Source: Rheinheimera sp.
GTDB lineage: Bacteria > Pseudomonadota > Gammaproteobacteria > Enterobacterales > Alteromonadaceae
Assembly (NCBI GenBank): GCA_037968955.1
Contig: JBBKWN010000146.1
Span: 1,051 to 65,050, forward strand
Direction of reading: 5' to 3'
Length of the DNA stretch: 64,000 nucleotides
The position numbers were made by a program, and so were the translations under genes. Under the pieces are notes generated by a model. That model saw only the letters and a program-made list of their open reading frames with translations. It had not been told where the DNA came from and did no database searches. Below, one piece after another: positions 1 to 7,209 of the stretch. Numbering within the stretch: the stretch's first letter is position 1; every line of letters starts with the position of its first letter.

Positions 1-855
1 GGCATTAACCTCGAAGATATTAAGTCACCGGAATGTTTTGAAATTGAAAAAGAGCTGATTAAACGTTGCAATATTCCGGTGTTTCACGACGATCAACACG
101 GCACTGCCATTGTGACTGCTGCCGGCTTGTTAAATGCGCTGGAAATTCAAGGCAAAGAAATCGGCAAAGTGACCATAGTTTGTATGGGCGCAGGTGCAGC
201 GGCGATTGCTTGTATGGAACTACTGATTAAATGCGGTGCAAAACGCGAGTATATTTATATGCTTGATACCAAAGGTGTTATTCACACCCGCCGAGAAGAT
301 TTAAACAAATACAAAACCTTATTTGCCAACAACACTGACAAACGAACTTTAGAAGATGCACTGGAAGGTGCTGATGTATTTGTTGGTGTGTCAGGCCCTG
401 ATGTATTGCCACCTGAAGCGTTAAAGTTAATGGCCGAGAAGCCAGTGATCTTTGCCTGTTCGAATCCGGATCCGGAAATTAAACCGGCATTGGCGCACGC
501 GGTTCGGGCTGATTTAATCATGGCGACTGGTCGCTCGGATTATCCGAACCAAGTGAACAACGTGCTGTGTTTCCCATTTATTTTCCGCGGTGCTTTAGAT
601 GTTCGGGCAAGTGTGATCAATGATGAAATGAAAGTGGCTGCGGTGCATGCGATCCGTGGTATCGCCAAAGAGTCGGTGCCGGAATCGGTGTTGATTGCGT
701 CACAAGTGGCGAGTCTGGAATTTGGCAAAGAATACATCATTCCAAAACCGATGGACCCACGTTTGTTACCACGGGTTGCCAAAGCGGTGGCCGATGCGGC
801 AGTGGCTTCAGGTGTTGCTCGTATTGAGATGCCGGCCGGCTATATGCAGTCGTAA
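1..855 (+). CDS. NAD(P)-dependent malic enzyme, C-terminal 284 codons (5' end is outside the window). It ends without a phosphotransacetylase-like extension.
   Basis: Frame 1 is open from nt 1 (GINLEDIKSPECFEIEKELIKRCNIPVFHDDQHGTAIV...). It has the Rossmann motif CMGAGAAAIA and a CSNPDPEI motif. ORF-track entry 79..855 is the same frame after an internal Met. Confidence 0.85.
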   Translation, partial: GINLEDIKSPECFEIEKELIKRCNIPVFHDDQHGTAIVTAAGLLNALEIQGKEIGKVTIVCMGAGAAAIACMELLIKCGAKREYIYMLDTKGVIHTRREDLNKYKTLFANNTDKRTLEDALEGADVFVGVSGPDVLPPEALKLMAEKPVIFACSNPDPEIKPALAHAVRADLIMATGRSDYPNQVNNVLCFPFIFRGALDVRASVINDEMKVAAVHAIRGIAKESVPESVLIASQVASLEFGKEYIIPKPMDPRLLPRVAKAVADAAVASGVARIEMPAGYMQS

Positions 856-943
856 GTGTTGGTAAGGCGTCAATCGCCGGGTGTTGAGCGCTCATTGCAC
901 CAACACAACATCTGTGGCAGTTGTCGCCAGCACAGCCAAAAAG

Positions 944-967
944 AAACCCGCCGATTGGCGGGTTTTT
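944..967. terminator. Rho-independent terminator-like hairpin between the convergent malic enzyme and metJ genes
   Basis: aaacccgcc (944-952), loop gatt, ggcgggttt (957-965), then a T-run. A-rich on the left side, so it could work in both directions. Confidence 0.6.
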
Positions 968-1035
968 GCATACTGTTGATTTTGAATGATGGTCATTTTA
1001 AAACGAACACTTGAAATACAATTAAGTGTGTCAGT

Positions 1036-1371
1036 TTACTCCTCGTCGGAGTCTGCTTCCTGAATCACCGGAATGGCTTTACCCATGCTGGTCAGAATGT
1101 TACGTACTTCGACCGGGATTTGATGCGGGTTGTCTTTGCGCAAGTCTTCGTCGGCTGGCAGTGGCTGACCGGTAAATGCATGCAGGAAAGCTTCGCACAA
1201 TAGCTCGCTGTTGGTGGCGTGACGTAAGTTATTGACTTGACGACGGGTTCTTTCATCTGTCAGCACTTTTAATACGTTCAGCGGGATAGAAACGGTGATT
1301 TTTTTCACCTGTTCTGATTTTTTGCCATGTTCTGCATACGGATGAACGTATTCACCATTCCACTTAGCCAT
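1036..1371 (-). CDS. metJ: Methionine repressor MetJ
   Basis: 111 aa. The stretch [57 protein letters not shown] is almost identical to E. coli MetJ as I remember it. It is divergent from metBL, as in enterics. Confidence 0.97.
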   Translation of the reverse strand: MAKWNGEYVHPYAEHGKKSEQVKKITVSIPLNVLKVLTDERTRRQVNNLRHATNSELLCEAFLHAFTGQPLPADEDLRKDNPHQIPVEVRNILTSMGKAIPVIQEADSDEE

Positions 1372-1490
1372 AGTTGTACCTTGATTTGTTTTTAGTTGCG
1401 TCGCGCATTTTTATGCGTCGTGCTTTTTGGGCAGGAATTTTACTTCTTTATACGACGGGACACAAACAATGCGCAACAAATAATCACTAT

Positions 1491-1514
1491 AGACGTCTAA
1501 ATGTTTTGACTTCT
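1491..1514. promoter_or_regulatory. Three tandem 8-bp met boxes (MetJ operator)
   Basis: AGACGTCT (8/8 to consensus AGACGTCT), AAATGTTT (5/8) and TGACTTCT (6/8) lie in 8-bp phase. The array overlaps the predicted metB -35. Confidence 0.7.
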
Positions 1515-1533
1515 AAGTTTTGTTGCGTATACT
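1506..1533 (+). promoter_or_regulatory. Putative sigma70 promoter of metBL
   Basis: -35 TTGACT (1506-1511), 16-bp spacer, -10 TATACT (1528-1533), about 40 nt upstream of the metB ATG. Confidence 0.55.
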
Positions 1534-1536
1534 TTT

Positions 1537-1552
1537 GGACGTCTAAACGCCC
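1537..1552. promoter_or_regulatory. Second met-box pair (MetJ operator) just downstream of the metB -10
   Basis: GGACGTCT (7/8) followed in phase by AAACGCCC (5/8). Confidence 0.6.
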
Positions 1553-1572
1553 ATTTGATTTGGAGGTTAATC

Positions 1573-2931
1573 ATGTCGACCCGCCATTCTGCAACTATTA
1601 CTGCCCGTGCCGGTATTGCCCTAGATCCGGCCTATGGTTCGGTGGCACCGCCTTTGTATTTAACCTCTACTTATGAATTAAAAGCCTTCAAGCAGCCAGG
1701 TAAATATGATTACTCCCGCGCGAACAATCCAAGCCGTGATTTGCTCGGTGATGCGCTGGCGGAATTAGAAGGCGGAGCCAAAGGTCTCGTCACCAGCACT
1801 GGCATGTCTGCGTGTGTGCTGGCGCTGCAACTATTAACACCTGCTGACACCTTGGTGATCCCACATGATTGTTATGGCGGAAGTTATCGATTATTTGTCA
1901 ATTTAGCCAATCGCAAGCAGGCGTTTAAAGTGGTGATTGTCAATTTTCAGCAAGACAATTGGGCGGAATTGGTTCGTCATGCCAAGCCAAAAATGATTTG
2001 GTTGGAAACACCGAGCAATCCACTTTTACAAATTACTGATATCAAAGCGGTGTGTACGCTGGCAAAAAGCCTATCGGCGCTGGTGGTGGTCGACAACACT
2101 TTTTTATCGCCAGTCCTGCAGCAGCCATTGTTGTTAGGTGCGGATATCGTGGTGCATTCCACCACCAAATACCTGAATGGTCATAGTGATATTGTCGGTG
2201 GGGCGCTGATCACCAAAGATCAAGCCATCGGTGATGAGCTTAAATGGTGGGCGAATTGTTTAGGCCTGACGAGCGGCGCTTTTGATGCTCATTTGGTGCT
2301 GCGTGGTATTCGTACGTTGTTACCAAGAATGAAAGCGCATTTGGAAAATACCGCGCTGGTGGTTGATTTTCTGCAGCAACAAAAGTTGGTGGCCAAAACC
2401 TATTATCCGGGGTTAAAAAATCATCCAGGCCATGCCATTGCCAAAGCGCAGCAGAACGGTTTTGGTGCGATGGTCAGTTTTGATTTGGCCGCTGATGAAG
2501 CTTATTTGCCCCTATTTTTTGATGCGTTGCAGTGCTTCACCCTAGCGCAATCATTAGGCGGGATTGAAAGCTTAATCTGTCATCCCGGCACCATGACACA
2601 TGCTTCAATGGATGCTGCGGCACAAAAAGCTGCAGGAATGGGACCGACGTTAATTCGTTTGTCAGTGGGCATTGAAGATAGTCGTGATTTACTGGCCGAT
2701 TTGGCGCGGGCTTTTGCCGCAGTAGCACAGGCGATGAAAGACGATGGCGTCGAAGGGTTGCCTTTAACTAAGAAGGCTGCAACAGCTGCGCCTGCAGGGA
2801 TCGTCGGTACTGCAGGCATTTCAGCGCCAGCGACGCAGCCATCAACCGCGCAGTCGTGCAAAGTGCAGTCAGCAACAGCAACAGCGTCCGCAGAATTTCG
2901 TTTAAATCCGGCTCTGGCCGCTTTTTGGTGA
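1573..2931 (+). CDS. metB: Cystathionine gamma-synthase (O-succinylhomoserine (thiol)-lyase) with a C-terminal low-complexity tail
   Basis: ATG 1573 is preceded by GGAGG (1562-1566). It has the Cys/Met-metabolism PLP fold with the STTKYLNGHSD lysine motif. It sits in the metJ<>metB-metL arrangement. The ORF-track start at 1555 has no better SD. Confidence 0.93.
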   Translation: MSTRHSATITARAGIALDPAYGSVAPPLYLTSTYELKAFKQPGKYDYSRANNPSRDLLGDALAELEGGAKGLVTSTGMSACVLALQLLTPADTLVIPHDCYGGSYRLFVNLANRKQAFKVVIVNFQQDNWAELVRHAKPKMIWLETPSNPLLQITDIKAVCTLAKSLSALVVVDNTFLSPVLQQPLLLGADIVVHSTTKYLNGHSDIVGGALITKDQAIGDELKWWANCLGLTSGAFDAHLVLRGIRTLLPRMKAHLENTALVVDFLQQQKLVAKTYYPGLKNHPGHAIAKAQQNGFGAMVSFDLAADEAYLPLFFDALQCFTLAQSLGGIESLICHPGTMTHASMDAAAQKAAGMGPTLIRLSVGIEDSRDLLADLARAFAAVAQAMKDDGVEGLPLTKKAATAAPAGIVGTAGISAPATQPSTAQSCKVQSATATASAEFRLNPALAAFW

Positions 2932-2936
2932 GTGTC

Positions 2937-5411
2937 ATGGCCGTACCATTTTCAATTGAACCAGTATTAACCGCGCAGTCTCGCAACGACCACGCTTCAG
3001 CAGTTGTTACCGCCGCGACCGTTGCCTCCACAGTAGTGGTGCATAAATTTGGTGGCAGTAGTTTAGCGTCGGCTGAGCGCTTTCATGCCGTCGCCGATAT
3101 TTTATTGTCGCAGCCGCAAGCTTCGGCTTGGGTGGTTGTTTCAGCGCCAGGTGATACCACTGACGCCTTATTGGCATTACTGGAAACAGCTGCCGAGCCG
3201 CGGTTACTGCAGGAAAATTGGCAAGCACTTTCACAGCAATTACGGCTACTCGTCACTCGCACTTTATCGGCATCCACCGCCCCTTTGTTGTTGAATCAAC
3301 TCAATAGCTGGCTGGCTGATGTGCCGGTTGCTGCGGTGTCTGGGCGTCACAATGATGTACTGGCGATTGGCGAAAAACTATCAACAGCGCTGTTGAGTCA
3401 TTTATTGCAAGAACGTGGTCGGCAGGCATCAACGATTGATGCGCGTGACTTTCTGCGTTTAGAGGGGCAACAAGTGCAATGGCAGCAATCTGCCGAATTG
3501 CTGTTGTCGCTGATTACACCGGGCTATAACGTGGTAACCGGATTTATTGCCCGCACTACGGATGGCGACAGTATCACGCTGGGTCGCAATGGCAGCGATT
3601 ATTCAGCAACAATTTTGGGGCGATTGGTCCAAGCGCAAACCATTAATATCTGGACCGATGTGGATGCTATTTATAGTGCCGATCCGCGCAAAGTTCCGTC
3701 CGCCCACGCTTATCGACAAGTACCTTGGGCGCAAGCCCGCACTTTGGCGCAGCTTGGCAATCCAGTGCTCCATGCCAAAACTTTAAGTCCACTGACTGAC
3801 TATGCTGCCGAATTAGTGGTTCGCAGCAGTTATGAACCGGAACAACCGGGTTGTCGGGTCAGCCGCCAAGCTGCAATCGAAGTGCAATTTGTCACCGACT
3901 TGGCAGATGTAGTGCTACTGACACTGCCTAAAGCAACCAAAGTAGCGGCCCAGCAAGCGGCTGCGACATTGCAGTGCACTGTGTTTGCTGTGCCTAGCAA
4001 TGAACAAAGCTGGGTCGTCGAACAGAAAAACCTTGATCAGTTATTAAGCTTTTTAGGCCAGCAGCACATTTATCCACGGGTGAGTAGCGCTCAGTATCAG
4101 GCGATTGCTTGGGTGAAACCTGCGGCCAAGCAACAGCAGCAATTATCGCTGCAAGCTGCCCACTGGCTGGAGCGGCAACAACCGGCTTGTAGTTTCGACA
4201 ACGCTGAACTTGCCGTGTGGTTGTTTCAACCGGCGTTATCGGCGCGTGAATTGACCGAGTTTCATCAGTTATTATTACCGTCGAAAGTACGATTGAATGT
4301 GGTGGTGGCGGGCACGGGCAATGTCGGTGCGGAGTTTTTGGCGTTGTTGGCTCAGCAGCAGCAAGCTTTTTCCGGCCAAATTGAGCTCAAACTAGCCGGG
4401 GTGATAAATTCTAGGCAAGCATGTTTTAGCGATGAACTCACTGTCCACAACTGGCCACAACAATTGTTAGCGGCGCCCGCTTATCAAAAGCAGCAGTTAC
4501 TCGATTATCTAACGGCGTTGCCAAGCCCCAAAGTGCTGATTGATATCACCCCAAGTAAAGAATTTGCCGAAGGTTATGTCGATTTTGTGCAAACCGGTTG
4601 TCATTTGATTAGCGCGAACAAACAAGGCGTGACCTTGCCTTTGGCACAATATCAGCAAATCTGCGCCGTGGTTGCCGAGCAGCAAGTGAGCTGGCTGGCA
4701 AATACGACCGTCGGCGCAGGTTTACCGGTGCAGCGTATTTTGCAAGAACTACAAAGCTCCGGCGATCATATTCATCAGATCAGCGGTATTTTTTCCGGAA
4801 CTTTGTCGTGGTTATTGTGTAAATATGATGGTAGTGCGCCTTTTTCAGAATTTGTACAGCTGGCGCAGGCGCAAGGTCTGACTGAACCTGATCCACGAGA
4901 TGATTTATCGGGCAAAGATGTGCAGCGAAAGTTGTTGGTGTTGGCGCGTGAGCTGGGGTTGACCTTGGATATCAATGATATCGAGTTGACGCCGTTATTA
5001 CCCGTTGGCCTTGAACAGGGGAGTTGGCAGGAGTTTTGGGCGCAGCGCGACATACTGGACAATGCGCTTGCCACGACTTTTGCCACCGCCAAAGCAAACG
5101 GGCAAGTGCTGCGCTATGTTGCGACTTTAACTGTGACCCAGCAAGGGCCAACGGCGAATGTACAACTTTTAGCCGTGGCGCCCGATCATCCGCTTGCAGC
5201 CATTGTGGCTTGCGACAATGTGTTTGTGATTGAGTCTGACTGGTATCGGGCCAATCCGTTAGTGCTCAAAGGACCCGGCGCGGGCCGGTTAGTGACGGCT
5301 GGTGGCATTCATGCCGACTTAGCGATCTTGGCGCGTCAACAAATGGCGGAGGCTAAAGCGGCAAGGCATTCACAGGCGCAAGCTGCGGCTTGGGCGAATG
5401 AGCGGGCATAA
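2937..5411 (+). CDS. metL: Bifunctional aspartokinase II / homoserine dehydrogenase II
   Basis: ATG 2937 lies 5 nt after the metB stop. The aspartokinase N-terminus VVHKFGGSSL and the homoserine dehydrogenase half with VVAGTGNVGAEF are both present. 824 aa, against about 810 in E. coli. Confidence 0.93.
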   Translation: MAVPFSIEPVLTAQSRNDHASAVVTAATVASTVVVHKFGGSSLASAERFHAVADILLSQPQASAWVVVSAPGDTTDALLALLETAAEPRLLQENWQALSQQLRLLVTRTLSASTAPLLLNQLNSWLADVPVAAVSGRHNDVLAIGEKLSTALLSHLLQERGRQASTIDARDFLRLEGQQVQWQQSAELLLSLITPGYNVVTGFIARTTDGDSITLGRNGSDYSATILGRLVQAQTINIWTDVDAIYSADPRKVPSAHAYRQVPWAQARTLAQLGNPVLHAKTLSPLTDYAAELVVRSSYEPEQPGCRVSRQAAIEVQFVTDLADVVLLTLPKATKVAAQQAAATLQCTVFAVPSNEQSWVVEQKNLDQLLSFLGQQHIYPRVSSAQYQAIAWVKPAAKQQQQLSLQAAHWLERQQPACSFDNAELAVWLFQPALSARELTEFHQLLLPSKVRLNVVVAGTGNVGAEFLALLAQQQQAFSGQIELKLAGVINSRQACFSDELTVHNWPQQLLAAPAYQKQQLLDYLTALPSPKVLIDITPSKEFAEGYVDFVQTGCHLISANKQGVTLPLAQYQQICAVVAEQQVSWLANTTVGAGLPVQRILQELQSSGDHIHQISGIFSGTLSWLLCKYDGSAPFSEFVQLAQAQGLTEPDPRDDLSGKDVQRKLLVLARELGLTLDINDIELTPLLPVGLEQGSWQEFWAQRDILDNALATTFATAKANGQVLRYVATLTVTQQGPTANVQLLAVAPDHPLAAIVACDNVFVIESDWYRANPLVLKGPGAGRLVTAGGIHADLAILARQQMAEAKAARHSQAQAAAWANERA

Positions 5412-5629
5412 ATGACTGTGAACTCAATGATTGATGCAAAAGAAGGTTTTCATCACATCAATCATTTGCCTCAGAACTTTAAGCATTCATTGCAATGCTC
5501 AGGCTATAAAAGATGCGTTGGTAAACATACCGCGTAGAAAAATCAAGGCACCGTGAGTACCGCCAGCATTGATATAACAAGCCCCATCACACTGGAAAGC
5601 ACACATCCGAGGTTTTAAAACTTAAGATC

Positions 5630-5663
5630 TGAAGCTACAGATTTGAAGCTACAGATTTGAAGC
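5630..5663. repeat. 14-bp tandem repeat, about 2.4 copies (tgaagctacagatt)
   Basis: Direct reading: 5630-5643 and 5644-5657 are identical, followed by the partial copy tgaagc. Confidence 0.9.
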
Positions 5664-6312
5664 CAAGACTCGGACTGCGCAATCATCTCGATAAAACACC
5701 CGTACATCCCACCATTTCTAACAAAAAAACAAGTGAGCTCGGTTCAATCTTCGTTTTGCATCGATGCTCGTTACAATCTGATCGTTGTAAAGATAATGTC
5801 AGAAATTTGACGGTCACGCCGTTGCGAAGCAACGACTTGTTTGCGCTAACAGAACTCGACGTTTTCGTTTGTTGATTACTTGGCAGTGCTACAGGTCCTC
5901 CTAAAAATCAGCGCTTGCCGCTGTGACATCTTTTTTCCGCTGAATAGGCAGAAGCTTGCCATCATCATGATTCAAACAAATCTGACCAGATGTCGCCAAA
6001 CAACGATTGAAAGTCGGCTCCCTCTAAAACAACAAAGCTTATCCTATTATATGCATTTAAATACAATGACTTAGGTGTGGGCGCTTCTGTGGCGGCGTAA
6101 CTTTTGTCGGCGTTTTGCATTGTGTTTGGAGCAATCCAGCATATTTTTTCAGAAATATTTCAAAAAAAACGGGCCAAAAAATTGACTTTTCGTGTTGGCC
6201 TGATAGTTGCTTTATCAAGTTGTAAGGATTACTGAACCTGCCTCAGGAACGGGCGCAACGTGATGTTATTAAAAAAAGCATACAAACAAACTTACAACTT
6301 AGGGATTTACTC

Positions 6313-6486
6313 ATGAAGTTATTCAATGCACAATCGGCTACGAAGCAAAATAAAAACACTGAAACTGCTACAACAGAAAATAAAGCATTAGATAGCAAAG
6401 TATTGTTTTCTAAAGATTTATTGACTGCAATTGCTGGTGGTATCAATGACAACAATACGTTTTGGCCGCCAGTGAAACCAAAATAA
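6313..6486 (+). CDS. Hypothetical 57-aa peptide with a double-glycine-type leader (candidate exported peptide precursor)
   Basis: Not in the ORF track (below the 60-aa cutoff). ATG 6313 has AGGGA 7 nt upstream. Sequence: MKLFNAQSATKQNKNTETATTENKALDSKVLFSKDLLTAIAGG-INDNNTFWPPVKPK. It is co-directional with the next ORF and ends 10 nt before it. Confidence 0.35.
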   Translation: MKLFNAQSATKQNKNTETATTENKALDSKVLFSKDLLTAIAGGINDNNTFWPPVKPK

Positions 6487-6495
6487 TGAGTTAGA

Positions 6496-7101
6496 GTGAA
6501 TAGAGCTAAAAATACCGCTAAAGATCTTTTTTGTTTGACAATCTGCATAGTGTCTTTGGCGGCTATTTTTTATTTTGATAGTGTTATTTATAACTATATT
6601 GCAACGTGTATAGCCATCTTCTTCGTTGGAATTTTCAGTCGTACGCGTCTAGAAAATCTCCCAATTTTAATATTTGTCGTTGCGGTTCAAGCACTTGAAT
6701 TTATTGTAAGTAAGATACCGAATGAGGCGATGCTACTCAGATATACCTCCGTATCTTTGCTAGATTTATTGCTAGCTTTTTTTATCGTGCATTATCATAG
6801 AGATCCAGCGTTATATAAATTTTTTAAAGTAAAAGAACCTGCGATGCGCGTGCCGCAAGTTTATTTGCTGTCATTGGTGCTTACATTTTCCTCGCTCTTT
6901 TCTTTTTTGCTGGCCGCAGAAGTAATGTTTTATTACGTTGATGAGAATTTTTTTCAAGGAGCTATACCCTTCTTTCACAGCATTAGCGTCCCTGCGCAGC
7001 TTGCATCTATAATTTTGTTTGACTTAGCGATTTGGTCGATGTTGCTTAACCCAAATAAGTGGAAATTCTTGCGTAAAATTGATCAACGCTTCGATTTTTA
7101 A
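6496..7101 (+). CDS. Hypothetical polytopic membrane protein (about 6 TM), no family recognised
   Basis: 201-aa ORF with a GTG start. It has six long hydrophobic segments and is markedly AT-rich compared with its neighbours. Confidence 0.55.
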   Translation: MNRAKNTAKDLFCLTICIVSLAAIFYFDSVIYNYIATCIAIFFVGIFSRTRLENLPILIFVVAVQALEFIVSKIPNEAMLLRYTSVSLLDLLLAFFIVHYHRDPALYKFFKVKEPAMRVPQVYLLSLVLTFSSLFSFLLAAEVMFYYVDENFFQGAIPFFHSISVPAQLASIILFDLAIWSMLLNPNKWKFLRKIDQRFDF

Positions 7102-7209
7102 ATGTTTATTCGACTGTCTCGTCGACGAAAGTCTGTCGCGAAATCCTGCTTTAAGCCCCTATTCTAAGTTATGCTAACAATCTGAAATCCAACCTCTTGC
7201 GGGAGTTGC

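Noticed and set aside
2856-2936. ORF-track start of metL at 2856, overlapping the last 76 nt of metB.
   Set aside because: ATG 2937 lies directly after the metB stop and still leaves a longer-than-usual N-terminus before the KFGGSSL motif. The extra 27 codons are read from the metB tail in another frame.
2929-2939. Possibility that MetB and MetL are one fused protein through TGA read-through.
   Set aside because: metB is in frame 1 and metL in frame 3, so read-through cannot join them. A frameshift would be needed, and no slippery sequence is evident.
6243-6548. 101-codon minus-strand ORF covering the same DNA as the GG-leader ORF.
   Set aside because: It overlaps the first 53 nt of the co-directional 201-aa membrane ORF and has no SD-like sequence that I can see. 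Its apparent hydrophobicity is what antisense reading of AT-rich DNA tends to give. The plus-strand reading yields a structured leader/core peptide tightly followed by the next gene. I cannot exclude it without expression data.
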